DNA of 64,000 nucleotides from Candidatus Poribacteria bacterium. Its GTDB lineage: Bacteria; Poribacteria; WGA-4E; PCPOR2b. Where the stretch lies: NCBI GenBank assembly GCA_965208675.1, contig OZ242351.1, forward strand, positions 2,752,001 to 2,816,000. Direction: 5' to 3'. Shown piece by piece: positions 9,598 through 19,629 of the stretch. Position 1 is the stretch's first letter. Each line of letters begins with the position of its first letter. The notes below the pieces were generated by a model. It searched no databases, was not told the origin of the DNA, and was given only the letters and a program-made list of their open reading frames with translations. The position numbers and the translations under genes are program-made.

Positions 9598-10986
9598 CTA
9601 TTCATAAATTCGCCATGCCCCGTCCTCCTTTCGCATCTTAACAACGTTTTCTACGCTCTCCGGCAACTCTGGCATCTCGTCCAGTAGTTCCGCCCGTAGT
9701 TCTTCCGGCGTATCCCGCATCAGCGGTTCTATCAGTGCTCCAAATTGTGGTAAAGTTGTTCTCACTCGAAAATGGAATTCATCGCCAACATATTCGCTGC
9801 TTACAACCTCGGACCCGCCAAGCACCGGGCCGAACGTCAACTCAATCATCTGCTTGAGCTCTGGATTTTCCTCCATAAAATCTTTCATGTCCGGCAAAAC
9901 ACTTTCCAGCTCTTCTTTAGCAGCCCCTGTCAATAACGGGAGCATTGCCTAAAAGTCTAAATTCTTGGATGCCTCGATATAGGCGTTCATTACCTCTTCA
10001 GCGGATTGTTCCGTGTCTTCAACAACCGCATCGGTACTGATTGAGACATGCTGATCGAAGTCTTGCTGATGTGCGGCTTCTGCGTGTTGTGTTTTGTCCG
10101 ATTGTGCGTCCGCTTCATCGAGTTGAGCGAAGAAGTTTTCAATTTGCTGCATCTCCTCTGCAGAGATTTGTGGTTTGTCTTCAGGCACAGGCGCGACGAC
10201 TGCGCTTTTACGAGCGGCGTCCGTTTGAGCGGCGGAGGTTTCAGCCTCAGTTGGCGTTGAAGCAACAATCTCTACCGTTGGAGTCGAATCTTCTTTCGAC
10301 GAAATGAACTGGCGTGTCCCGATGAAGGCGAGTGCGATGATGGCAACTGCCCCGGCGGTGATTTTGGGAACGGTTCCAACTTTCATGACCGTTAATCCTC
10401 CTGAGTAGATTTGTTTGAGTGTCAACGCGGGAAAGGCGAATACACCAGTGAGTAGATGGCTCAACCGCTTGGCGAGTTTCTGCTTGGCACGCGAAAGCCG
10501 AAACGAAATCGCCTTGTATGACAACCCATGCGTCCGAATCAGTTCGTCGTAGCTGGCGCCTTCAAGAAAGTAGGAGTGAGCGATGTCCCTATCTTTTTGC
10601 GGCAGCGATTCCATGGCACGTCGAATTAGTTCTCTCTGCTCGTCGCGAATCAAGCTTTCGTCAGCAGACTCTGACAACTGAACTGCCCGCTCATCCACTT
10701 CATCAATAGATACGGTGTCCAACCGCTGTTCGCGTAACCAGTTTAAGGCTCGATTTCGCGCAATTTTTGCCAGCCAACTCTTGAGTTTGGTCTGCTCCTC
10801 ATACTGCGCTAAGGCGCAGTAGGCGTTGAGAAAGGTGTCTTGCACAATCTCTTCGGCGTCGTTGGGATTGTTCACGATTCCGATTACAACCGCATAAACG
10901 AAGGCATAATGCGCCCGCATCAATTCAGTGAATGCACCTTCGTCTCCCGCTTGGGCGCGAGAAATGAGCGTATCGTCGTTCCTCAC
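9598..10986 (-). pseudogene. ECF sigma-TM-NTF2-like fusion (family 1, copy C) with a single in-frame TAG at 9949-9951
   Basis: ORFs 9949-10986 and 9598-9945 are in the same frame and read NLDF*AMLP, where paralogs have xDFEA. Confidence 0.85.
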
Positions 10987-11017
10987 CGTAATTCATTCCC
11001 TTCCATCTACGCTATAC

Positions 11018-11043
11018 AGAACACAGCTTTTGAGATTTTTCTA
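11018..11043 (-). promoter_or_regulatory. Putative ECF promoter of copy C (TAGAAAAA...TGTTCT)
   Basis: Same 26-nt motif as at 4746. Confidence 0.55.
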
Positions 11044-11060
11044 GCACTTTTTGGGTATTT

Positions 11061-11159
11061 AACTGTCTGAATCAGGATTTACCGGATTAAGGGATTCTCA
11101 GGATAACAAAATACACGCGGGTTGAAAATAAAAAAGGCGAATGGGTTGAACCATTCGCC
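11061..11159. repeat. Junction repeat R4
   Basis: Near-identical to R1. Confidence 0.95.
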
Positions 11160-11189
11160 TGGTGAAGTGTTGAGGAATTCGGTTGCGGG

Positions 11190-13073
11190 TCATCGAGAGA
11201 CATCCCATAAAAGCACTGTTCCGTCGTAACTTCCACTCCCCAGCGTGCTCCCATCCGGGTTGAATGCCAGGGTACTAATGTACGACGTATGCCCCTTCAA
11301 GCTTCGTCGCTGCGTCTCCGTCTTGGCATCCCACAGAAGGATGATTGCGTCGGCATCCCCACTCGCAAGCGTTCGTCCATTCGGGCTAAACTCTACCGCG
11401 GTAACATCTGCCGAGTGACCGTTTAGCGTTCTACGGTGCGTCCCCGTGGCAGCATTCCAAAGCTGGACGGAATGGTCGCCGCTCCCACTGGCTATCTTGT
11501 TTCCGTCTGAGCTAAAGGCGACGCTCGTGATGTCCGCGGTATGACCCTTTAGTGTTCGGCGGTGCGCGCCCGTGGCGACATCCCAAAGTCGGATGGTTGC
11601 GTCGGTGCACCCGCTTGCCAACGTCGCGCCGTCTGGGCTGAACGCAAGCGTCGAGCGAGCCGGCCTGTAAACGCGAGGAACGGTGTCCGACGCCTCCCAG
11701 TGCAGGTTATGCAGTTGCGCACCCGTCTCGGCATTCCACAGGCGGATAGTTGTTTCGCCGTTCCAACTTGCTACCGCTGAGCCATCCGGGCTGAACGCTA
11801 TGCTGTGGTCTACGCCGTCATCGTTTCGTAATGTCCGCAGATATGCACCTGTCTTTACATTCCAAAGGCAGACGGAATGATGCCCATTTCCACCTGCTAA
11901 CGTTAGCCCATCCGGGCTAAATGCTATGCTATGGGCCTCTGATAAATACCGGTCCAGTGACCGCTTGTGCTCGCCTGTCACAGCATCCCATAAACGAATG
12001 GGATTCAACCGGCTCGCACTTGCCAACGCCGCACCGTTCGGGTTGAACGCTATGCTAATGACGGGTTTTATATGTCCATCCAGCGTCCCTAAGTGCGTAT
12101 CCGTCACCGGATTCCACAGGCGAATTGTCCCGTCGTCACTCCCGCTTACCAACGTTGCACTATCCGGGCTGAAGACGACATGAGTGACCCAACCCGTATG
12201 TCCTTCTAGCTCCCGCAGCCGTGTTCCTGCCGCGACATTCCACAATCCGATGGTCGTGCCAGGCCCACCACTTGCCAAGATACTGCCATCCGGGCTGAAC
12301 GCGACGCTCGAGACCATAGGTATGCGTTCTTCCAGTTGCCAAAGGTGTACTCCGGTCTTAGCGTTCCAAAGTCGGATGCTATCGCCCCAACCGCCGCTTG
12401 CCAGTACGCTGCCATCTGGGCTGAACGCGACCGCGGTGGCATACTCCGTGTGACCTTCCAGAGTTCGTACAGGTACGCCTGTCTCCACATCCCACAGACG
12501 AATAGTCTTGTCATAACTTGCGCCTGCCAACGTCGAGAAATCCGGGCTGAACGCGGCGGTACCAACGGAATATGTATCTCCCTGCGGAGTACGCAGTTCC
12601 AGTGACCGCGTATGTGTTTTAGTCTCGACATCCCACAGATGAACGGTCGTCTGCGACACACCTGCTAGTGTGCTGCCATCCGGGCTGAAAACCACGTTCA
12701 AGGTGCCCTCTGATTTTGCCTCCAGTGTATGTAGGTGTAAACCCGTCACGGCATCCCACAGACGAACGGTATTGTCCGAACTTCCACTCGCTAGCATGCT
12801 GCCATCCGGGCTGAACACTACGCTCGCCACAATTCCCGAATGTCCGGTGAGCAGAGCTATCTCTTGATGGGTCGTTGTATCGTAGAGCCAGATACCGATT
12901 CCGCTGCCGACTGCAAGCCGAGCGCCATCGGGGGAATACTGTATTTGACCTATCGCCCCCTTTCCGATCCGCGCTACAACCCCTTCAGGCAAACCCCACT
13001 GCGAGGCATCTTGCGAAAAGGCGTTGCACAAGGTCAAGGAGAACAGTATATGCAAGGATAAAACTGTTTTCAT
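11190..13073 (-). CDS. Secreted WD40-repeat protein (about 14 blades)
   Basis: Signal peptide, WGLPEGVVARIGKG start, repeated GH...FSPDG.LASG..D..IRLW(D/N). SD AAAGGAG. Confidence 0.95.
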   Translation of the reverse strand: MKTVLSLHILFSLTLCNAFSQDASQWGLPEGVVARIGKGAIGQIQYSPDGARLAVGSGIGIWLYDTTTHQEIALLTGHSGIVASVVFSPDGSMLASGSSDNTVRLWDAVTGLHLHTLEAKSEGTLNVVFSPDGSTLAGVSQTTVHLWDVETKTHTRSLELRTPQGDTYSVGTAAFSPDFSTLAGASYDKTIRLWDVETGVPVRTLEGHTEYATAVAFSPDGSVLASGGWGDSIRLWNAKTGVHLWQLEERIPMVSSVAFSPDGSILASGGPGTTIGLWNVAAGTRLRELEGHTGWVTHVVFSPDSATLVSGSDDGTIRLWNPVTDTHLGTLDGHIKPVISIAFNPNGAALASASRLNPIRLWDAVTGEHKRSLDRYLSEAHSIAFSPDGLTLAGGNGHHSVCLWNVKTGAYLRTLRNDDGVDHSIAFSPDGSAVASWNGETTIRLWNAETGAQLHNLHWEASDTVPRVYRPARSTLAFSPDGATLASGCTDATIRLWDVATGAHRRTLKGHTADITSVAFSSDGNKIASGSGDHSVQLWNAATGTHRRTLNGHSADVTAVEFSPNGRTLASGDADAIILLWDAKTETQRRSLKGHTSYISTLAFNPDGSTLGSGSYDGTVLLWDVSR

Positions 13074-13313
13074 TTGAAGACTCCTTTACAACTAAAATCA
13101 TTGCAATCAACGTTACAGAAAAAACCAATCGCAACATTTCGTCAATTCTACTACGAGTAGAACATGCTATTGGTGGGGTCAATCGTTTTCTTACCGCAAA
13201 AGAATTGTTGCGAACATGGAAGATGGATTCAACAATCAAGTCATAGAGGCATGTTACGGCTTACACAATTTTCGACTGCACTTCAGACCATGGTTCTACA
13301 AGCCCGCTAACAA

Positions 13314-15449
13314 TTACTGATAATCAATGTCATAAATTCGCCATTCATCAGCCTCTTTTCGCATCTTATAAGTCATATCCGGAATTTCCAGGTGGTCGGG
13401 CATCTCCGACAGTTCCATCCCCTCCGGCATTTCTATCCCTTGTAGTTCGGGCATTTCCGATACGTCCGGCATCTCTATTTTCGGTATCGGTATTCTCAAT
13501 TTGAAATGAAATTCATTGCCGACAAATTCACTGCTTACAACCGTTAACTGACTGTATATTGAGCGCAAGCCTGCTTGCACCATGGGATTGTTCATAGAAT
13601 CCTCCATCATCTGAACCGTGCCGTCCGGCATGGAATCTATAAGCTCTTCTGGAAACTCACCGCTAAACACGTCCATGGTACTTTTTACCTCTTCTAGGGC
13701 GGTGCCTGACAAATACGGGAGCATCGTATCAAGGTCAAGATTTTTATGTGCCTCTACAAAGGCGTTCATCACCTCTTCGGCGGATACGCCTGCGCTATCA
13801 ACGCTTAATCGTGCATCCGATTCTTCAGAAGAGAGCAGAGAAGCGCCGCCAACGATGACGGTGTCGCGTTTCTCTGGCGAGAATACATTCGCTGCCAGGT
13901 GCTGCATATCTACATCGGTTACACGCTGGATGGCATCGCGCAGATCCCCGCCATTTAGTTTCAGTTGATACCGGCGGCCAATGCTGAACGCTAATCCGTA
14001 CGGATTTTGCGCCCACATGGCATCCGGTACATCAACTGTGCCCATCATTGCCATTGAGTTTATCGTTAGCTGTTTGTCCGCCGGCGTGAGTTTCGGCGTC
14101 AATGCCGTGTTTAGGCGTTGGTCGAGTTGATCGAGCGCTGACTCAATGTCCGCCTCAATTTGCACGTCGGTCTGGAGCACAAGCGTGGTGCCATCGTCCA
14201 ATGGTGTAAAGTACACAGGCGGTGTTTTGCCCGGCTGAAATGCAGCCTGCGCGCCTGCCCACAAACGTGAGACAACTATCAGGAACGGCGCGTATTCCTT
14301 GCTCCCGGGTCGGGGTGCAGCATATCCAATCGCTGCGACGCCGGTCGTAACGTCGTTCACAGGTTCCGCGGTGATGAAGCGAATTGCCCCGGTCTTCGCT
14401 GCAGGCTTGGGCGGCTTTGCAGGCGGAGGCATACCGGACGGAATCAGGCTGAAGTTTTGGTCAATCAAATGCCGCGCTTCGGCAACGTCAAACCCGCCTG
14501 CGATGACAAGAACGGCGTTGTTCGGCTTGTAGTAATCCTGCCATAACTGCTGCAGTTCACCGAGAGTCATTGTCTCAATGTGCTCGGGCGCACCGCCGAC
14601 CCGTCCGCTTTCGGGGATGGGGTGCACCTGAGCTCGCACACGGTTTATGCCGACCAGCGACGGCACGCCGCTGTACATGTTACTCAATTCTGTCATCACG
14701 CGAGGCACCTCGCGGATTAGATCAGCTAAGGTGATTTGCAAATCGTTCATGCGCGCAGCCGCATCCTTCAACTCCAACGCGAATTGCCCTGCTTCGACGA
14801 CACCTGCAAAAACAGTGTAGTCGAACCCTGTTTGCGCGTTCCAGCCTGCAACATAGCGTTCTTGAAGCTTCATGGCGTCGCGCGCTGGGGTGTCACCGGC
14901 TGCAGCGGTGCAATACAGGTGTTCAAGCAGGTGTGCTCTGCCGGACTTTCCGATCGGGTCGTGGTCTCCGCCCAAATTGAACAGCACTACAACCGCCACT
15001 TGGCTTGACGTGGGAACAGGACGTAGAATGACTGTCAGCCCATTGTCCAGTTTGTACGGGGTTGGTATCTCAGAATTCGAAATTGTAGCGGCGGCGTTCA
15101 TCGAACTCGGTTGACCGGGCGAATTGCCGACAACCCCCGTTCCGGGCTCACCGGCAACCGTCGGCGGTTTGGAGGCATCAGCAACGAGTTCAACCGGAAT
15201 CTCTCCAATCATTGTCATCTGGATATCGCTGGGGTACGGTGAACTGGCCAGATCGCCGCGCGCAGCGGCTGGACGGAGCAATTGACTGAAAAACATAAAG
15301 GTAAGCACAATCCCGACTGCTGCTGAACCGATGAACGCAGGCAACGGCTTTGTTGAAATTGGTTGCACTTTGGTTGACTTAATAGCTTCCACGATTCGGA
15401 ACGTAAAGCCTGACTGTAATTTTCTCTCTGTAAATGTGGTGTCTATCAT
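13314..15449 (-). CDS. TM-anchored M16 peptidase plus NTF2-like domain (family 2 module without a functional sigma)
   Basis: Paralog of residues 189-913 of 6619-9360. ATG at 15449 follows AAGGAGGAG. HLLEH motif intact. Confidence 0.8.
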   Translation of the reverse strand: MIDTTFTERKLQSGFTFRIVEAIKSTKVQPISTKPLPAFIGSAAVGIVLTFMFFSQLLRPAAARGDLASSPYPSDIQMTMIGEIPVELVADASKPPTVAGEPGTGVVGNSPGQPSSMNAAATISNSEIPTPYKLDNGLTVILRPVPTSSQVAVVVLFNLGGDHDPIGKSGRAHLLEHLYCTAAAGDTPARDAMKLQERYVAGWNAQTGFDYTVFAGVVEAGQFALELKDAAARMNDLQITLADLIREVPRVMTELSNMYSGVPSLVGINRVRAQVHPIPESGRVGGAPEHIETMTLGELQQLWQDYYKPNNAVLVIAGGFDVAEARHLIDQNFSLIPSGMPPPAKPPKPAAKTGAIRFITAEPVNDVTTGVAAIGYAAPRPGSKEYAPFLIVVSRLWAGAQAAFQPGKTPPVYFTPLDDGTTLVLQTDVQIEADIESALDQLDQRLNTALTPKLTPADKQLTINSMAMMGTVDVPDAMWAQNPYGLAFSIGRRYQLKLNGGDLRDAIQRVTDVDMQHLAANVFSPEKRDTVIVGGASLLSSEESDARLSVDSAGVSAEEVMNAFVEAHKNLDLDTMLPYLSGTALEEVKSTMDVFSGEFPEELIDSMPDGTVQMMEDSMNNPMVQAGLRSIYSQLTVVSSEFVGNEFHFKLRIPIPKIEMPDVSEMPELQGIEMPEGMELSEMPDHLEIPDMTYKMRKEADEWRIYDIDYQ

Positions 15450-15792
15450 TGCAATTGACTCCTCCTTCAGTTTGGTTCTGGCTCGCATCAGCCAGTCGTT
15501 GACGGTATTGACGGAACGCTCAAACACTGCGCAATCTCTTTAGTAAATAGCCCCCTAGTATTTAACCCTTTGCTACGGGTAGAGAGATTCTGATACACTT
15601 AAAAAACATTACGTGCGCGGCATCCTCATCATTAATTAAGTTACTCAGCTTTGCGTAAGCGAGAGCGTAGACGCTCGACTTGTATTTATCAAAGAGCAAG
15701 GCAAATGCCGCCGATTCTCTATTAAGGCATTTTCCGATGATGTATCCATCTTCCGTGTACACGCTGCTGCTCCTCTCACTGAACGACTTCAT
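15450..15792 (-). pseudogene. Decayed family-2 ECF sigma domain
   Basis: MKSFSERSSSVYTEDGYIIGKCLN matches the 9360 N-terminus. About 220 nt shorter than the intact copy and frameshifted before SVNTVN. Confidence 0.85.
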
Positions 15793-15797
15793 TTTGT

Positions 15798-15826
15798 AAG
15801 ACAATGCAAAAGACTGAAAAATTACA
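15798..15826 (-). promoter_or_regulatory. Putative family-2 ECF promoter TGTAAT-N17-TGTCTT
   Basis: Paralog of 9366-9394, again 5 nt before the ATG. Confidence 0.55.
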
Positions 15827-15884
15827 AGGGTGGACAATTTCTGGGCGGAAAGAGAGGATAATTATTGAGGTGAATCTGTTGCCA

Positions 15885-15983
15885 AACTGTCTGAATCCGT
15901 ATTTACTGGAATAAAGGATTCTTAGGATAACAGATTTGTCGCGGGTTGGAAATAAAAAAGGCGAATGGGTTGAACCATTCGCC
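15885..15983. repeat. Junction repeat R5
   Basis: Slightly diverged copy with an intact terminator hairpin. Confidence 0.9.
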
Positions 15984-16058
15984 TGGTGTATCGGGGCAAG
16001 GAAACTCCTCATACCAATGTCTACAGTACTCATCCGACAGTTAATCGGTACTATGGAA

Positions 16059-16940
16059 TTATTCAGGGGAAGCCGAGTCGAAAGTGAAGCGCGTCTTCTG
16101 TGTATTTAGGGTCCCCTGGCGTTCGAGAAACTCGGCTAAAGGTTTAATATCTTCAATTGCGGTTTCTAAATTTTCAATCTCCTTGGCATGTTTTTCAGGG
16201 GAATGGTCTTTTAGCATCTGCTTTTTTAATTCGAGAAACCGAATAATCTCTGGAATCGTGCCTTCTTTCTCACGAGAAAGACGAAAAAAGAGTTCCTCCC
16301 ATTCTTTTGTGAGAGGGTGTCCATGAAACGCGAGCGCGCTGAATGAGACAAGTTCCGCCCTTGCAGCTTTCGGGTCCGTCTGGAGCAGTTCATGAAATGC
16401 ATGCAAATGCTCTTGCCCGACCTTGGTGTCCAAGATCGCCCCTGTTTTTGACGGCTCCTTCTGTTCATCCTGTTCCCGCGTTTCAAGAGTTGGCTCTGAA
16501 CGTTCCCACATTTTTTTCAACTCATCGTAGTGTTCCAGCATTTTGCGGTGGTGTTGTATCTGTCTGGCAAACTCCCGGGCATTGATGTGTGTCAACATTC
16601 GGATTTCCAATTCGGACACCCGTTTGAGATCCGAAAGATGTTCAGTACCTTCTCGGCTAAGGCGAAAGTAGAGGGGCACCCATTCTTCAGCGAGTGCGTG
16701 TCCGCCAAACATTTTTTTTGCAACGTTTTGGAGTTCTGAGCGGGCTGCTGCAGGGTCGGTGGGCAGGCGTTTCTTAAATGTGTCGAGGTGCTCTGTCCAA
16801 AGTGTGCAGTCTATACGATACGGTTGAGAACGTGCAGGCCTCAGGTGTGGGGGTTCTGTGGGTTCACCTGAATGACCAAAAGAAAGAGATCCAATGCTGC
16901 AAAAAGTTAAGTAAAGCAAGCAAGTGATTATATACCTCAT
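16059..16940 (-). CDS. Secreted hypothetical protein with two helical repeats, paralog of 55027-55959
   Basis: Signal peptide, SD AAGGAG. Repeats AARSEL..FGGHALAEEW..FRLSREG and AARAEL..FHGHPLTKEW..FRLSREK. Confidence 0.75.
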   Translation of the reverse strand: MRYIITCLLYLTFCSIGSLSFGHSGEPTEPPHLRPARSQPYRIDCTLWTEHLDTFKKRLPTDPAAARSELQNVAKKMFGGHALAEEWVPLYFRLSREGTEHLSDLKRVSELEIRMLTHINAREFARQIQHHRKMLEHYDELKKMWERSEPTLETREQDEQKEPSKTGAILDTKVGQEHLHAFHELLQTDPKAARAELVSFSALAFHGHPLTKEWEELFFRLSREKEGTIPEIIRFLELKKQMLKDHSPEKHAKEIENLETAIEDIKPLAEFLERQGTLNTQKTRFTFDSASPE

Positions 16941-17047
16941 GATTCACTCCTTTTGAGGAAGGTGTTTTGCTCTCAGTATAACGGTGACGAAAGTAGTGTA
17001 GGTACGATAGGTTTGAACTTTCTGATACTGTCGGATAGAGTTGCGAG

Positions 17048-17551
17048 CTAGTCTAATGTTTCACTGTCATAAATTCGCCACACGCCATTCTCTTTTCGCA
17101 TCTTGATAATCTAATTCGAGGCGGTCACTTTTGAGATTGCCATTCCTGATATCTCCGGCATCTCGGGCGGCGGTCCGCCCATTTTGAAGTGGAATTCATC
17201 CCCAACATATTTGCTACTCACAACTCCTAACCGACTAAAATACTCAAGTACAGTTTGTTCAACCATCTGACGCATCTCAGCCGGCATTTCCGGTACAATT
17301 TCCGGATCCATGAGCGGGAAGCCCATTACCGCAGCCTTTTCAAACTCCTCTTTGGCAGTCCCTGTCATTAGCGAACCCATCGCCTCAAAGTCCATATTCT
17401 TAAACGCCTTCACGAAAGTATTCATCACATCTTCAGCAGATTGAGACGTGCTCCCTGACGGCATTTCCACATCTTTTTTCTCCGATACACTCAATGAACA
17501 GCCGTTAACAAACAAAGGCAAACAGACAAGGCTCACAATCAAAAATCGCAT
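17048..17551 (-). pseudogene. Lipoprotein made of the NTF2-like domain alone, with an in-frame TAG at 17111-17113
   Basis: MRFLIV...VNGC lipobox after AAAGGAG, SAEDVMNTF...SSKYVGDEFHF. After the TAG the frame continues IIKMRKENGVWRIYD. Confidence 0.8.
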
Positions 17552-17768
17552 TTTCTCTCCTTTGTGGTAGTAGCGATTGGTAGACAAACCGTGTATGGCA
17601 TTAGCGACAGGTTGCTTATCGCGGGAAGCTAGGAATGATTTGAGCATGCATCCACGTACATGTAATGACATTGACTACAACAAATTTTTGACCGCCACTC
17701 AGAAAAATGAAGTTGTCGTGAGGAGGCAAGAGTTCAGCCACAAGCCGATTATTCACCATCGGCTGCGT

Positions 17769-19271
17769 TCAATCGGATACTGATTCGCGCGAGTCCAATA
17801 TCTCACTCTCATAAACCCGCCACGCGCCATTCCCTTTCCGCATCTTGAAAAGTGTATTTGGCACAATGACGTCTGAGATTTCTATCCATGTAATCTCCGA
17901 CTTATCCGGCGCTGGTCCTCCCAATACAAAGTGAAATTCATCGCCGACATATTCGTTACGCACCACATCTAGCTGACTGAGAGATTTCAGCCACACGTTT
18001 CGCATCTTCCGCTCAAATGCCCCACTTCTTATCTCTTGTTCAATACTCCGCATCTGCTGTTCAGCCATCTGACGCATCTCAACCGGCAAATCCGACAAAT
18101 CTTTTAGCCTATCTAGCAGTTTAGCTAGTTCAGCCGGGTCTAGGATTGGGAAGTTGCCTGTCGCCGCCATGGCCCACTCTCCTTTGATGCGTCCTGTGGA
18201 TAGAGAGTGTACCGCTTCAAAGTCAAGATTCTGAAACCCTTTCACATAAGCGTTCATCACTTCTTCTGCGGATAAGTCCGTGTCTTCTGCTACAACAGGT
18301 GAATCGGTGTCGCCTAATTCGGAATCCTGATTAGATGCTTCATCTGTTGCTAGTTGTGGCGAATCTGCCTCCGATTGTGCGTCTGCACCCTCAAGTTGAG
18401 CGAAGAAGTCCTCAATCTGCCCCATCTCCTCCGCTGAAATTTGCGGCTTACCCTCACGCGAGGGTGCGGCGAACGTACCTTTACGCGTGGCGTCCGTTTG
18501 TGAGGCTAGGTTTGCAGACTCAGTTGATGTTACAATCTCGACCGTAGGGGAGTTATCCTCTTTCGACGATATGAACTGGCGTGTCCCGATGAAAGCGAGT
18601 ACAATGATGGCTACCGCACCGGCAGTGATTTTGGCAACTGTTCCAACTTTCATGACCGTTAATCCTCCTGAATAGAAATTTTTGAGTGAGGTTATCGGAG
18701 AAACGAACACACCGCTGAGCAGATGCTCCAACCGTTTGGCAAGTTTCTGTTTGGCGCGCGAAAGTCGAACCGAAATCGCTTTGTAAGACAGTCCGTGCGT
18801 ACTCATTAGTTCGTCATAGTCCGCACCGTCAAGGTAATAAGAGTGAACAATCTCCCGCTCTTTTGGAGAAAGCGTTCCAAGTGCGCGTCGAATCAGCTCC
18901 CTCTGTTCACTGAGAATCAACTGTTCGTCTGGCAATTCTTGCGTCTTGACGGTGGATTTACCGATTTCATCAAACAGGCTTAATTCGTCTATAGGAACAG
19001 TATCAATCCGTTGTTTTCTCAGCCAACTTCGTGCGCGATTTCGAGCAATCTCTGCGAGCCAAGTTTTGAATTTTGACCTCTCCTCATACTGCGCCAAACC
19101 ACGGTAGACGTTGAGAAAGGTGTCCTGGACAATCTCTTCGGCGTCTTGGGGGTTGTTCACCATATCGATGACGATTGCATAAACGAAAGAGTGATATGCC
19201 CGTATCAGATCGACAAATGCACCTTCATCCCCAGCTCGCGCGCGACAAATGAGTGCGCTGTCATTATCCAC
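17769..19271 (-). CDS. ECF sigma-TM-NTF2-like fusion (family 1, copy D)
   Basis: Same domain motifs as copies A-C. GTG start. Confidence 0.9.
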   Translation of the reverse strand: MDNDSALICRARAGDEGAFVDLIRAYHSFVYAIVIDMVNNPQDAEEIVQDTFLNVYRGLAQYEERSKFKTWLAEIARNRARSWLRKQRIDTVPIDELSLFDEIGKSTVKTQELPDEQLILSEQRELIRRALGTLSPKEREIVHSYYLDGADYDELMSTHGLSYKAISVRLSRAKQKLAKRLEHLLSGVFVSPITSLKNFYSGGLTVMKVGTVAKITAGAVAIIVLAFIGTRQFISSKEDNSPTVEIVTSTESANLASQTDATRKGTFAAPSREGKPQISAEEMGQIEDFFAQLEGADAQSEADSPQLATDEASNQDSELGDTDSPVVAEDTDLSAEEVMNAYVKGFQNLDFEAVHSLSTGRIKGEWAMAATGNFPILDPAELAKLLDRLKDLSDLPVEMRQMAEQQMRSIEQEIRSGAFERKMRNVWLKSLSQLDVVRNEYVGDEFHFVLGGPAPDKSEITWIEISDVIVPNTLFKMRKGNGAWRVYESEILDSRESVSD

Positions 19272-19301
19272 TGTGCTTCGTTCCTCTCTTGTACCTTAAC
19301 C

Positions 19302-19327
19302 AAAACGCCGTTCTGCGATTTTTTCTA
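19302..19327 (-). promoter_or_regulatory. Putative ECF promoter of copy D (TAGAAAAA...CGTTTT)
   Basis: Same 26-nt motif as at 4746. Confidence 0.6.
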
Positions 19328-19346
19328 CTACTTTTTTGGGTATTTT

Positions 19347-19596
19347 CTGTCTGAATCAGGATTTACTGGAGTAAGGATTTACACAGCTGAACACCCAAAG
19401 GTTCGTAGTAGGACAATTTAATGCCCGTTTTTACTTAAAAATATGTCAGGTCAAGGGTGTGAAGGACATACCGGACGCGCAATAAATTACGCTACTACAA
19501 GCTGAACTGCCTATGTCCTAGGAATACAGGCTTTTCAGGATAAAAAAATTTTCACGGGTTGAAAATGAAACAGGCGAATGGGTAAAAATAATTGCC
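19347..19596. repeat. Junction repeat R6, split by a ~150-bp insertion, terminator degenerate
   Basis: ctgtctgaatcaggatttactgga [insert] ttcaggata...cacgggttgaaaatgaaacaggcgaatggg. Confidence 0.85.
19372..19520. mobile_element. Miniature element with paired GTAG-type REP-like inverted repeats
   Basis: gtagtaggacaatttaatgcccgt (19405-19428) versus the reverse complement of acgcgcaataaattacgctactac (19475-19498): 19/24 match. Absent from the other junction copies. Confidence 0.6.
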
Positions 19597-19629
19597 TAGC
19601 GAGGGGCTGGGGTGAGAGACGTTGGTTGT

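Noticed and set aside
11549-13246. Many overlapping ORFs within the WD40 gene and other long genes
   Set aside because: These are antisense or off-frame shadows of well-supported CDSs.
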